The notes below the pieces were generated by a model, which saw only the letters and a list, made by a program, of their open reading frames with translations, was not told where the DNA came from and made no database searches. Below, one piece after another: positions 14,302 to 28,392 of a stretch of DNA of 64,000 nt (position 1 is the first letter of the stretch; every line of letters begins with the position of its first letter). This DNA comes from Octopus sinensis (taxonomy: Eukaryota), in contig NC_043012.1 in NCBI RefSeq assembly GCF_006345805.1, forward strand, positions 4,092,001 through 4,156,000, written 5' to 3'. The position numbers and the translations under genes are program-made.

Positions 14302-15805
14302 AAGACATGATTAGCAGAAAGGTAAGTTTTTAAAACCATTTTGATAACATGGCGAGGTGACAAAGCACATTTATGTGAAATCAGTTGATTCAATCATACA
14401 GAATATTTTATAAAATTATCAGAAAATGTGAATTTTTGTTTTCTTTTTAGAAAATAATAATTAAAAAATGAGTTTACTGAACTTTCTGATTTCAAAATGA
14501 AACTATCAAAGAGTGCAAAATTAAATCTTGGAGAAACTCAGATGAAAAACAAAATTTCTAACCAAAAAATGGCTATCACAGGAGTTATTCTGAAGACTGT
14601 TGTTTGATAGAATGAAATATAGTAAACTTGTTATTTACATATTAGAAGTGTGGATTGTTATGAAATCATGTGCTAAAACAGATGTGTCTTTGGAGGGTCA
14701 TTTTGCAAATAAAGCCACATGCACTAGCTCTATTTCATTGTTTACTTTAATTCAACTGAAATCAGATAAACTAATTAACCAATGAACTGACTGCTTGATA
14801 AAAAAATTTGGCAATGAAAGGATTCTGACAAACAAACTGACAGATTGAGCAACTGGTTAATCAATTTGTTAACTGATTAACTAGTTGACTAATAATGGGA
14901 AAAAGTGCATGTGCTTTATTGGCTAGGTGACTGTCCCACAATTGTAATATAATCCTGTTGAAACTGATTAAATACTATTTTGTTTTTTAATAAACAGTTA
15001 TAATGTATTTGCTTAATGAAATCTGTTCCAAGTAGAGATAACTGTGGCTTCTCCACATCATAAGTAAAATCACAACTATATTATAAAAGTAATATTAACA
15101 GACTTAAATCAAAAAGAGAAGACCAATGAGATCAACAAAATATCTTCCGTCCTTTTTTTCTCCATCTTTCAACAGAAGCTGGCTCACAAATGTTAAATAG
15201 ACAAATTTCCAGACTGACAGGCACAAACCTGGAAGCACACATGTATAGTAGGTTTATAATATATAAATACGCATAATGTGCAGAAGGATTAAATATGAAT
15301 AGAGAATGAGAAAGACAATTGATTTTCTTGTTCCCAGATACTCAAACACAAAATAAAATCAGATTCATTGCCATGAGCAAAAAATTTAGAATAGGCAATA
15401 AAATCAAACAAGAAAACAGTTTTGAATGGATTTCAGATACATATATATAATATAAATATGTCTGAAGAAATTATGTGAAATGGCATTGTTATATCTTGGA
15501 GACCTGCAATGCAGCTCTTTTCAGAATATCCTTTTTCAACAATATTTTTGCATCACGATATCCCATTGAAAGTCATTCACCAGCACCGCTTTTAGTGTCA
15601 TGACCTTGGTCAATGATAGCCAAAACAAATTATAAGAACATGTATTAATGAAATCAAATATGAAAAATGATGAGTGCAGACATTGCTGGTTGTGTGGTAA
15701 GTGGTTTGTTTCATAACCACAGTTTTGGGTTCAGTCCCACTATATGACACCTTGGGCTGACTAAAGTCTTATGGCTTGATTTGATGGCATCCAGTCATAT
15801 ATATA

Positions 15806-17882
15806 TCATCATCATTGTTTAGTGGTTGTTTTCCATGCTGGCATGGGTTGGATGGTTTGAATGGGGAGTGGCAAGCCAGTAGGCTGCACCAGGCTCCACT
15901 CTAATCTGGCAAGGTTTCTACAGCAGGATGCCCTTCCTAACACCAACCACTCCGAGAGTGTAGTGGGTGCTTTTTACATGCTACTGGCACAGGAGCCAGT
16001 CACACAGTACTGGAATTGACCATGATCAGACGGTGCTTTTTATGTGCCATCGGCACAGGAGCCAGTCAGTGGGGACTGGTATCGGCCACGTTCGGATAGT
16101 GATTTTTATGTGCCACTGGCACGGGGAGCCAGTCAGGTGGAACTGGCATCAGCTACAACTACAATTTTCATTTTGGTTTCGATTTTTGATTGATTTTACT
16201 TTACTCCATAGGTCTTCTAAAGCACAGTGTATCACTCGACAGTTCAAGGTACTTTTAAATGGGCTGGTTATGTGACACTGGTATAGGCCACGGCTGTGAT
16301 CTCACTTTACTTGCTGGGTCATTGGCCATGATTCGATTTCACTTGACTCAACAGGTCTCCTCAAGCACAGCTTATTGCCCAACAATTCAAGGGTACTTTT
16401 AAATGGGCTGGTTATATGACACTGGTATCAGTCACAGCTGTGATCTCACTTTACTTGCCATGTCTTCTCAATCACAGCATACCTCCAAAGGTCTTGGTCT
16501 CTTGTCATTACCTCTGTGAGGCCCAACGTTTGAAGGTCATGCTTCACCACATCATCCCATGTCTTCCTGGGTCTCCCTCTTCCACTGTTAGGATGTGACA
16601 CTTCTTCACAGCTCTCCTCATCCATATGCAGCACAGTCGTCTCTTTTGCACACCACATCTGATGCTTCTTATGTCCAACATTTCTCTCAGGGCACTTACA
16701 CTCTGTTGTGTGTGCACACTGACATTACACATCCAGTGGATCATATTAGCTTTATTTCTATCAAGCCTACGTATATCAACAGTCATGGCCCATGTTTCAC
16801 TGCCGTGTAGCATGGCTGTTCACACACATGTATCATGCAGTCTCAGAGAGAAGCCCTTTGTTACCAGCAGAGGTAGGAACTTTCTAAACTTTGCCCAGGC
16901 TATTCTTATTCAAGTGGTAAAGCACTCAGAGCATCCACCACCACTACAAACTAGGTAGCAGAAGCTATCGACTACTTCTAGTTTCTCACCCTGGTGTATG
17001 ATGGAATCTGTTTTCTGAACATCTTCAGTGTTTAATTCCCCTGTGTATCTGTCACACACAAAAACTATTTTCCTGGTTAACCATCCTTTGATATTGCTGC
17101 ACCTCTTGTATCCATAGCTTACACTGGGTACATCTTATGGATTTTCTGCCTACACCTTTCCTATAGATCAAGCAGGGCCATCTACCTGAAGGGGTTTGTG
17201 ATTTGTCCGCCTTCCTACTTACTAAGACTGGTTTTTGCGAGCTTGACTCAAAGGCCCTTCGATTCTAGACCTTGCTTCCACACTTGAAACTTCATTGATA
17301 GTTCTGGTAGTGATTCAGCAATTAGAGCAAGGTCATCAGCATAGAGGAGCTCCCAGGGGCAGCCTATCATAAATTCTTCTGTTATTGCCTGGAGGACTAT
17401 AAGAGGGGTCTGAGGACTGATCCTTGGTGTACCCCTACTTCTACCCAGAATTCTTCACTGTACTCGTTGCCAACCCTCACCCTACTGACAGCATTCCTGT
17501 ACAGAGCTTGTACAGCTCTTACCAACCACATGTCTATCCCTAGTTTCCACATTGCCCACCAGATAAGGGATCGGGGATCCTGTCAAAGGCTTTCTCCAAG
17601 TCAACAAAATCCAAGTACAGAGGTTTATCTTTGGTTAAGTATTTCTCCTGCAGTCGCCTTACCAGAAATATAGCATCAGTGATGCTTCTACATGGAACAA
17701 AACCAAACTTCATCTCATCTAGGCTAACTTTCTCACCTAATTTGTTGGGCTATGACCCTCTCTGTGACCATCACCTGATCCAGTAATTTGATACCCCTGT
17801 AGTTATTTCTATCTAAAGCATCACCTTTACCTCTGTAGCAGCTGATTATGGTGCTGCTACACCAGTCATTGGGTATGACTCT
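15806..17882 (-). mobile_element. RTE LINE, degraded RT domain through 3' UTR (composite of two copies, junction about 16320)
   Basis: Minus-strand pieces: KGKGDALDRNNYRGIKLL, FGFVPCRSITDAIFLVRRLQEK, DLEKAFD, WELLYADD (YADD at 17332-17343), MLHGSETW, RGRPRKTW; (CAT)n tail at 15806. Segments about 16210-16320 and 16340-16455 are duplicated. Confidence 0.9.
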
Positions 17883-17950
17883 TACATATATAGATATACA
17901 TACACATATAAAAATATACATATATGCACACACAGACGTGTGTTTGTATT

Positions 17951-18183
17951 TAGGGTGGCTCAAAAGTAGGTTTACAGTTATTTAACTACCTCTTTTGCAT
18001 TCATATATTAACAGTTTAGATCTTAATTTAAAAAAAATATGATACCATATTCTATGCTAATTTAGTTAATTTTGTCAAGCTCCCTTTCCAGTTTGTAAGA
18101 TAGAAACTTAAATGTAATAAAATGTTTTAAAAGAAATTTAAAGCGCCTACATGAAAACTGTAAACCTACTTTGGGCCACCCTG
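17951..18183. mobile_element. Tc1/mariner-type MITE (about 233 bp)
   Basis: TIRs TAGGGTGGCTCAAAAGTAGGTTTACAGTT and (reverse complement) CAGGGTGGCCCAAAGTAGGTTTACAGTT; inserted in a TA/TG microsatellite; non-coding interior. Confidence 0.8.
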
Positions 18184-18614
18184 TGTGCGTGTGTGTATAT
18201 ATATATATATTGATATAATAAGTACCAAACTTGGACTGGGTTAGATTTGTTTGGTTAAGCCCTGGAATGCAGTGTCCCATGATAGCTACAATCCAATAAC
18301 AAACAAATGATAAAACATGATTAAACCTCCACATGGTCACTTGACCTGCAAAAAAATAACAGTCAAACACCATTTCAATCAAGCCTGACCTTTTAAAGGA
18401 CATACTGGAAAATGTAGTCCCAAATGTAGTAGGTCTGAGAAAATGACATGACAGTTATGGTTGGAATACCTCTGAGCATAAGTCTGTACCATCAGGACTG
18501 ATTGATTTTAAGGTGCATAGGAATCTCCAAATGATCTGAACCATTACACTGTGCCTAGAGGCAACAATAAAATCAAAATAGGAAAGTAGTTTGGACAGGA
18601 TTTCTTTCATATAC

Positions 18615-18920
18615 ATAATTTATCTTTCAGTTGTTTTAGCCATGATGCTGGGCATTGCCTTGAATATTTAGTCGAAAGAATCGAGCCTAATACTTATTTT
18701 TTTTTTACCCTTTTTTCATTAAGCCTGGTACTCATTCATTCTGTTGGTCTCTTTGCCAAAATTGCTTAGCTATGGGGATGTAAACACATCAACATCAGTT
18801 GTCAAGTGGTAGTGGGGGACGAACACACACACACAACAGGCTTCTTTCAGTTTCCATCTATCAAATCCACTCACAAAGCTTTGATCAGCCTGAGTCTATA
18901 GCAAAAGACACTTGCCCAGG
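18615..18920 (-). mobile_element. Decayed octopus tRNA-derived SINE
   Basis: Aligns by eye with the better-preserved copies at 55539-55929 and 58448-58832. Confidence 0.7.
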
Positions 18921-19124
18921 AATCTCATTTAAGCTGTTAGTAAAACTAGGTTTATAAGCTCTCTTTCTATAGGCAGCTATGAAAATACAAAGGGGTTTAC
19001 ATCTATCAAATTGCGTAAAATCTTTATTGTAGCATTGAAAAAACCCCTTTTAAAACACCAATAATTTATTAACTGAATAATATACAGAATATCAAGATAT
19101 ACATACAGATTATTGTGCAGCATA

Positions 19125-19685
19125 GACCATAACCCGTGGCCTATGCCAGGGGTGTAACCAGCCCACTTATGCGTACCTTTCCTTCATTGGACACAAAACT
19201 CTGCTTGCGAAAACCTGTTGAGGCAAGTGAAATCGAAATCAAATTCGATGACTGGTATCTGTGCTAGTGGAGCGCTAAGAGCACCATCCGAGTGTGATCA
19301 TTACCAGAGCAGCTGACTGGCTTCCGTGCTGGTGGCATGTAAAAAGCACCATTTGAGCACGATCGTTACAAGCATCGCCTCACTGGCATATGAAAAACAT
19401 TCGAGCGAGGTTGTTGCCAGTGCCGCTGGACTGGCTCCTGTGCAGGTGGCATGTAAAAAACACCATTTGAGCATGGCCATTGCCAGTACCGCCTGACGGG
19501 CCCTCGTGCCAGTGACACGTAAAAGCACCCACTACACTCTCAGAGTGGTTGGCATTAGGAAGGGCATCCAGCTGTAGAAACTGCCAGATCAGATTGGAGT
19601 CAGGTGCAACCATCTGGTTCGCCAGACCTCAGAAATCATCCAACCCATGCTGGCATGGAAAGCGGACGTTAAACGATGATGATGA
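19125..19685 (+). mobile_element. RTE 3'-UTR-only element
   Basis: Begins AGACCATAACCCGTGG, immediately after the position of the LINE stop codon; contains tandem GTGCCNNTGGCAC units; ends GGACGTTAAACGATGATGATGAT. Confidence 0.8.
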
Positions 19686-20254
19686 TTTCTCATTGCTCCT
19701 AAGTATTTTTGAATTAACTCAAAAATAACCTGATGTACGAGGATTTACACTTATGTTTATAGAGATAAACTGTGAATATGATTGCTGATGTTCATTTGAA
19801 AGAAAATTAATTGAAATGTATTCAAGTTAGACCATCATCTCAAACATTAAAACTGTTTGACTATTGTCACTTTCCTCAAATCATTCAACCATCACCCTAG
19901 TCCCACATGCTCTCTATTGGGATTATTATTATCCACTCATGCTGAAGTTGTAATTTAAGTCCCTACCATTAATATGATTACAAAAGTCAACTTTTGCACC
20001 ACTTTAAAATCACTGTTTGCCAGAACATGAGTAGCAGTCTTCTTGTAATTACTTTGTTCCATTACAGCACCACAAAGCTCTTGATCTCCCAAAACTAGAC
20101 AGACATATCATCTTGTGAACTGTATTAGACTTGCATCCTATTGCTTCTAAATAACAAACAGCAGTACCAAAACAAAAGCTTCCAATTTATACTGTGAATG
20201 TTAATAGGTGAGCAGTAAGTGGAAAGCTTTAACGGAAAACTTGAAAATTCATAT

Positions 20255-20605
20255 ATTTTACTTGTTTCATTCACTGAACAGTGGCCATGCTGGGGCACCA
20301 CCAAGAAGGGTTGAACAAACTGACCCCAGTACTTATTTTTTAAAAGCCTGGTGGTACTTAGTGGTTCAGTGAAAAACACAGAGAGTAAATTACAAGGGTG
20401 TACACAAACCAAGACCAGTTGTCAAGAGGTAGTGGCAGACAAACACACACACACACAATGAGCTTTCAGTTTCTGTCTACTAAATTCACTCACAAGGCTT
20501 TGGTTAGCCCAGGGTTATAGCAGAAGGTACTTGCTGAAGATGCCATGCAGCAAGAGTGAACTCAGAAACATATGGTTGGGAAGCAAACTTAACACCTAGC
20601 CATAC
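20255..20605 (-). mobile_element. Octopus tRNA-derived SINE, moderately decayed
   Basis: TTTTACTTGTTTCA tail through the TTGGGAAGCAA head; same family as 59372-59761. Confidence 0.75.
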
Positions 20606-23443
20606 CAATTTTACTATCCAAAATAACTTGATTAAAAATTCAGGTGACTAAAAAACAAAATTATTTCATCAGTTTACACTAAAAACCTTAATATCCATAC
20701 ATACAACATAGAGAAAGGTGAATGTTCACAGAAATACACATTATCAGTTGTGAAACACAACTGAGAAAAGCCCCAACAATCTCCTCCAATATGTTATACA
20801 TCAAAACCGAAAGAAATTAATGGAATAACAATCAAAGATACATATACAGGCAAGTTAAAACTAATCTATTAGAACTATAGAGAATTCAGTACAGAATCAG
20901 CAACATACCACTGAACAAACTTCAGATGACCAATGTAATTGCAACATAATACAGGACAAAGCAGACATAGAACTGTTTTATTAGAATGCCAACTCAGAGT
21001 GGGTTATAGTTGACAACATAGCTATCTTAAATTAAATTCACCACCAAAACTAAAAAATCAGTCATTGAAGCTAAAATAACAAAATTTACACAAATATCAC
21101 ATCTTAGCAACAAAGGTAGCCAAGTCCTGATAGCAAGAAAGAAGAAAAATAACAAAAACACTACTATTAATATGCATAAGGTAATTAATTTACAACTGCC
21201 AAAATAACAACAACAAAAGATAACATATGCCACTCATAACTACTACTCAGGTCTAGAAATATTGAAGGACTTAGGAGCAGTTGCACTTTTAATAATATTT
21301 GTCTGTAAAAAGCAACTGCCCATATCAATGCATGTGTGCAAATAAATGATAACATCGTTGTCCAGCAGATGGGCGATATATTGAGTTTGCTAATGGGTTT
21401 ATAGCACTTTTGAGGCACAATGACTAAAGTTAAGATAGTGGACTACTGACCATAAGTTACAATTACAAAATCTTACAGCCATGGTGGTATGACCCTGCAC
21501 ATGACTGCTACATGTATTTTGTCAAAATGATGAGAAAGAAGAAGAAAAAAGCACATTCCTATACTTCAGTCAAGTGGTCAGTAGGAAGAAGTGAATCCAA
21601 TTGTAAAAAAAAAAATGCATGGGTAAAACAGTAAGCTGTTAGTTACAAATGGTTTGTAGTATTTGTAGTATTCTCTTCCAAGACATAGTAAAATTCTATT
21701 TAGGAATAGATGCCTCCATACCTTGATATTGATATTTCTCCTTACAACTTTTCTCTCCATTGTGATTTGAAACAGTGTTGAGTATCTTTGATGGTATAAC
21801 TCATTAGAAAGACAAGAGAATAGTAGTTAGCAATGCAAGCAATCTTTCACTTTATTAAAGAAAGAGATGTCATAAGCTCAAGATGTCTATATTGTTAAGT
21901 ACAACATTCAACAGCGTCATAATGTTTCTGACTATCATGCTGGGAAATCTTTATGATAATTCTGATTGTTGTATCATGAAGCTATGAAAAACATTCACTG
22001 GTTTTCATATAATATTCTTAGTTAAAAACACTACTGTTTTGTAAATCTGACATTTGATATGTATTTTACGATAGTCATTCTAAAAGTATTTGAGGGTACT
22101 TCCAAATGTTACCTAGCGTTACCTTACACTACTCTATCTCTTCATCCACTTAAGCAATTTCACAGTTTATATAGCCAAAATTGGCAATGGCTGGATACAG
22201 AGCTGACATTGAAACCACATGGTTCTGTTTTCTGCCTCACTGTCTGACACTGCAGCACAAGTGTCTTCTACAATAGCCTTGGACTGACTAATGTCTTGCG
22301 AATGAAACTGGTAGTTAATCATATTGAATGAAAAATGCACCCCTACAGACCATTCAACAAATTCATCAAAAACAAGAGAGAGTACACAAAATGTTTGGTA
22401 AGTTCCAGAAAACTCAATGGAATTTTGTTGTCTAAACAATGAAGAAGCTTTGATTCTCAAAGATACTGATTTAGTTCTTGGGTAATGTTTAAGCAATCAA
22501 TCTCACAGGCACACACATTTAAAATTGTGTTGCATAAAAATGCATACTGGTTTTAGTAATGTGAAATGATACGAGCATTCACACAGTTTCCAGATATTAA
22601 ATGGATTATGCAAATTCTTTTAGATGGTAATCTCAAATAGTATGTTAAAGACATTTGACAATCCTAGTTTCATATTAAAAACATAAAGCTAAAAAACAGA
22701 AATCCTGATTTAATATATTTAGGAGAATCTAAAATTACTGACTCTGAGGGTTATAAATCTATAGTAAAATCTGTGTTTATGTGCTGAAGACACTGAGTCT
22801 AGAAAAAGTGTTAACTTGGGATAACAATCAGCTTTGGCATGTCTATATTGTTAACACTGATAGCACTTCAACTATTCATGGGTTTATATATACACACAAG
22901 CACATGTGCATATACATGTAGCAGCAAATTTGAAATGGAATGTGTAACTCGAGATAGATATTGACAAACTGGCATATGATACTTAAAATAATAATGGTTG
23001 CTACAAGTACCTTGAGCCATCTTTAGGCCAATAAAGGAACCAAAAAAAAAAATTAATGAGGTGAACAACTGGGAACAAAACAGTAGAAGGAAGTTAGATA
23101 TGGTTTTCATTATACAGTATTATGAAGATTTTACAGTTTTACAAAAAGTGCTTTAGAAGGGTGCTTGGAGATAGAAATAGGTAGCAAAAGATCGGAGAGA
23201 AGTTATTTCTGTAAATATTGGGAAATACAATCCTTTTCTTTATAGGCACAAAATTGAAATTTTGGGGATAGGGGATAGTCAATTATATTGACCACAATGC
23301 TAAACTGGTACTTATTTCATCAACTCCGAAAGGATGGAAGTCATCTCAGAGAGATATTAATGAATACAATAGAAATAAATATTTTCATTGAATCACGACT
23401 ATGGGGTTGGGATTTAACAAATCAATCAGTGCTATCTCTAAAA

Positions 23444-24026
23444 TATTGAGTCATCTCATAAATAATGCGGGTTTTTTTTATACATCTTTTATTTTTCAAA
23501 ATTAAGATAAAGTTCTTTTTTAATCTAGAATATACTCTCCATTTTCTACAATGCTCTTCCATCTATTTGGTAGACTCACAAGGTCCCTCTTCCCAAATTC
23601 ACTTGTCTGTGATGAAAAATCCTCCTCCAATACTGTTTTGATCTCGTCTACAGAATTCATATTTTTTTGTCCAAATGATTTTGAAGACTGCAGAATAAAT
23701 GGTAATCAGATGGGGCAATGTCCAGTGAATATAGTGAGTGAGGCATCGTTTTTCATTCAAACCGCTCCAGCCTTTGGAATGTCATCCTTGTTGTATATGG
23801 CTGAGCATAATTCTGATGGAAGAACACCTTTCGTCTTGAAACCAAAGATGGTCGTTTTTCTTCTAGCGCTGGCATAATCCACTCAAGCTGTTCACAGTAG
23901 ATCTTTTTTGTTATCATTTGGTTTAGGTTTAAAAGTTCAAAGTGGATTAAACCTTTCATATTCCACCAAACAGATAACAACACCTTATGTGGGTGAAGAC
24001 CCTTTAGCCTGTGGTGCCAGATAAGG
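23444..24026 (-). mobile_element. Mariner transposon, 3' half (degraded catalytic domain plus one TIR), truncated by a SINE
   Basis: ORF 23753-24076 contains GLHPHKVLLSVWWNMKGLIHFELL...YCEQLE...EKRPSLVSRRKVFFHQNYAQP, a mariner DDD-domain sequence. Terminal TA-TTGAGTCATCTCATAAATAATGCGG resembles a TIR. Confidence 0.85.
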
Positions 24027-24170
24027 CAGTGAACTGGCAGCATCATTAGCATGCCAGGCAAAATGCTTAGTGGCATTTTGTCTGTTTTTATGTACTGAGT
24101 TCAAATCCTGCTGAGACTCGACCCTGCCTTTCCTAAAACTACTGGCCTCATGCCAAAATTTGAAACCAAT
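24025..24170 (+). mobile_element. Decayed OK-type (tRNA-head) SINE
   Basis: GGCAGTGAACTGGCAGCATCATTAGCATGCCAGGCAAAATGCTTAG...GAGTTCAAATCC, homologous to 54533-54745. Confidence 0.65.
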
Positions 24171-24414
24171 ATAACCTATTCCAGAGCCCATGTCCCATTG
24201 CTAGAGCAGCAGATTCTACAAAAAATGGACACAAATTGAATCCCTAGCTTAAGAATAGATATATCACATGAAGATAACTACTGATAGCTGATCCAATGTT
24301 GTGTTAATCTTGATCACAACAGACATCCAAGATGAAGAAAATAGTCTAACAATCAGCATTAACAACTCAATTAAAATATATATAAATACCTAATAACATA
24401 TATAGAGTAATGTA

Positions 24415-24709
24415 TGAGTTGCTGGAATGCCCTGCATATGCCCCTTCAGATTATGACATCTTTGGACTGCTCAAGCATCCTTTACAAGGTCATTGATTTG
24501 CTACTGACAAAGTGCAAGTGGTGCATAAATGGCTGCTTGACCAGCAGAAAACCTTCTCTAATGGAACAAACAAGCTTGTGGACTGCTGGCAGAAGTGCAT
24601 AGAAAAGCAAAGTGGCGATGTTGAAAAATGATGTAATTGTTCAACCACTGCTTTTGTTTTAATAAATTACAGAAAAAAAGAGGGCATATAATTTTTGACT
24701 TACCCTCGT
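24415..24709 (+). mobile_element. Mariner C-terminal fragment with right TIR (different family from 23444)
   Basis: Translates approximately to APSDYDIFGLLKHPLQG...KLVDCWQKCIEKQ...VEK*; ends ATAATTTTTGACTTACCCTCGT. Confidence 0.75.
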
Positions 24710-26798
24710 GTTACATGTCAGTCTATGGACATGTATATTTTTGCTAAATGTTACACGTTTTTCAATGGTACATCTAATTTTTTAATTGTAAATATTAATA
24801 TTACAAAGACATATGTATGCATTTCTTCTAAGTAATTTCAGTTTTAGGCATAAATAGAATATCAAATAAAACAAGAGAGGGGGATAATATGTAAAAAAAA
24901 TTAGTATTCTAAAGTGAAAATGTTGACATTTTGTTCAATACATGTCAATGCGTGTTTATTGGTGTACACATTTAAACATATCAGTTATATAATAAGAGCA
25001 TTAATTTCCACTTTCAAGTTCCAACATAACACTCAGATGGTTTTGTAGTAACTCCCATCGCAAGTTTCCACAGAGGCCACCACTTAATCCGCAAGACAAA
25101 CACGAACAGTCTGGACATCAAACTAGAATGTAGTCTAAACAGAAACTATATCTTAGGTAAATAACCATGGTCACAGAAGAACAATGTATAGCACTGACCC
25201 AAATAAGGTTCTGACCTACCCATTATATTGATTCAGGAGTTGATGTTGATCATTCAATGAACAAGTTCCATACTATGTCGCTTTGTAAACATACCTAAAC
25301 CAAGGCAATTCAACAACTTTAACTTCTCAACACTTACAACATTATCTTAAGAATGATCTCCAAACAATGATAAAGTATTTAGAAAAGCAAAGCTAATCTG
25401 TTATATCTTACATCCTTTCCCTTTTACTAGTTTCAGTCTTTGTACTGACAATACAAGGGCACTGCTTGCAAGCGTATAGTTGATTGTGGACCCCAGTGTT
25501 GACTTGTACTTATTCTATCAATTCTGAAGGAGGAAAGTGAATTCAAATTACAAGCCACAAAAAGAGAATTTTTAGTGATAAAAAAACTTTTAAAAATGAA
25601 TTACAGAATCTTTAACGTATTCATTTCTAAATTTTCTAAGCATGAACTAAGATCCCTGATTAGCTGAATGTAGTTTTCAGACTTGTCGATAATCTCCAAC
25701 TGTTTTTAGTTACTAGACTGCAGCAACACAGGAGCACTGTCTTGTCTTTAAAGGTTTAGTAGACTGTACAGGTCCCAGTACAGGGAGACTGGACCTCAGA
25801 CGAATCAAAGGCAAAGTGTGGAATTTTAACTCAGACTATAGAGGGATGCAACTAAATATCACAAGGTATTTTTTTCTGATGCTCTACTGATCCTGCTATC
25901 CATCACCTTCATATACAAACATTAGCTCCAGTCGTACTAGTTAAAATGGTCATATACATAATATTCTACCTGAAAGGAATATGGGTGAAACTTGATAAAT
26001 TTAAGTAATGCATTCATAAGACTGGGTTTATTTTGTAATTTTATATATTTAATTTATCTTAAGCCTGTATTAGTTTTCAGTAACGTTACACCCACCACCA
26101 CCATCATCATGCTAGCAATTCTTAGCGGTTAAGTCAAGCTGCACTAATCAGATACCAAAACTATGTGATTTTGGACAACTACTAAATTATTTTCATCATG
26201 CATTTCTGAACAATATATTGAACAGGTTTTCATTTTTGTCCTCTGAAGACAATGGGGTTTTGAACTTTTGACCTTCTGACTCATGTATTTAATAAAATCA
26301 CATACATTTTGAATTAAAAGAACTTCCACAAAATAAGGTGAAAAGAGCAATTCTTAATAACATGAATAGAAAATACTTCTGAAAGAGGTTGGCATGAATT
26401 GAGAAAGAATCAGTGTTTCACTGCTGTCCTGTTTTAAGCTTTAGGTTTTTTGAATAAATTTCTTGAAATACTTCAACATTCTCCTATTATCGCTATTTTA
26501 AAGAACACCAAGAAATATGAAAAGATTTTCATGGATACTTTTCTATAATATAATGGTGTGCGTAAGTGCACTGAAACAAATCAGCCTATAAAGACCTGCA
26601 ACTACATAATGTATATGGGTGTATTCATATGGAATGCGAACTATATGCTGAGTAAGGAATGTGTTGCTGAATAGTATGTAGTGAAATATGCGACAACTGG
26701 GATAGAATGAGTCGAGTAATGTCCTCTAGTTGTGCAATGTGTTTTTTGCCTTTTTTTTTTTTAACCAGAAATATCAGAGTAGCTAGGTGTCAATATGC

Positions 26799-26842
<44 letters not shown>

Positions 26843-27699
26843 GGAGAGAAGGAGAGAGTACAATCATGTTTGTACAATATAATGCTGCTGAAACATGTGA
26901 ATTGATCAACAAAGGTACCAAGGGAAGAAATGTATCTGAGGGATACTGAAAAAAGAGGTGTGGGTGGGAGGCATCTATGTAACACTTTCGTAAACAATAC
27001 AACTTGAGAGGAAAAAAAAAATGAATACATTTTCCCAGTTGGTATCGAACACCATCACATGCTGACCAAGCAAGTCAGTAATCTAACACCTACCCTTCAT
27101 TCAGGTACATTGCTATTTTTGGATTCAGATGAAGTATACAGTTTATTTTAATATGGGTAGCATAGACAATCCATGTAAATTTTTTCCCAGAAACTTAGCA
27201 GCTAGAATTAGCCATATCAGAGTCCTTGCTTTTTAGGCTGTTGAATCTTTAACAATCTGAAATGGTTCTGAGTCAAAGGTCACATTTTTGAACCTACACT
27301 TCCTTTCACTAGTGATTGGCTTACTGAGGGGGAAAAACATTTATGTATTTTTGAGTAGTTATAACAATACATCATCAAACTTGGCCAAAGTCTCACAGAA
27401 TGTGTTGTGAAAAACAATATAAATATTTAAATAGAGGTCGACAATAGAAGAGTTGAGAAAACATAAATAGTCAGGTCAGAACTGAGAACACAAGACATTA
27501 TTTACAGAAGAAATGACACGGTTGGGACATGTGGAGAACTAGGGCACAACAAATATCTTTAAATCAAAATAGATATAAAACTAATGATTTGATTTACATT
27601 AAAATATATAAGGAACAAACAGAAAAGACATGAACCCTCCAAGTTGCAATGCCAGTAATTCAAAGAGAGCAAAAACAATGCTGAGATGATTAACAAATG

Positions 27700-28392
27700 C
27701 TTATGCCTGAGAAGACCCATTCAGCTAAGTAAAACTGAGGCCACAAAAACATGTTAATGTCCATGGCCCTGCACACAATCTGTCCCTGACAAACCTCTCC
27801 TGGACATCCCATCTTTCATCAATTGCTGTATTCCCCTTCCTTCTATCTCCCATTCTCCTTTTGCACCCCCATGAATCTACCTGTACACAATGTGTCCCTG
27901 CTGAATCTCTTCCCTACAACATACCCTCCAAACACCACTCTCTTCCATCTCCAACTCTACTTTCTTAGCTTCAAACCTACCCACCCATTCACCCTATCCA
28001 ACACTTAGTTCCACTTCACTTGCCTCTGTAACATGAGTGTATGTCCTGTCATATCAACTCTTCTCTCTCCAATTGAGATAGATGGCTCTCCCCTACAGTA
28101 AGACACCTATTTCTATCCCTCTATTCATACTCTAACCCCTCATCACCAGACACAAAGCCACCTCCCTCATACTACACCTTGCTTTGTTGAAGGGTCTTGT
28201 CTTGCAAGTTACTTGGTGACCTCACTGCTGTTGGCACCAAGCATCCAGTACACACTGTAAAGTGGTTGGCATCAGGAAGGGCATCCAGTTGTAGAAACCA
28301 TACCAAAGCAGACAGTAGAACTTGGTGGAGTCTTCTGGCTTGCCAGCTCCTGTCAAACTGGAAGACTTTGATATGTAATAAATGTGATGATG
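27700..28392 (+). mobile_element. RTE-related 3' end with long CT-rich UTR (second subfamily)
   Basis: Shares the AAGTGGTTGGCATCAGGAAGGGCATCCAG tail block with the other RTE ends. Upstream CT-rich part is homologous to 63370-63845 in reverse. Confidence 0.65.
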
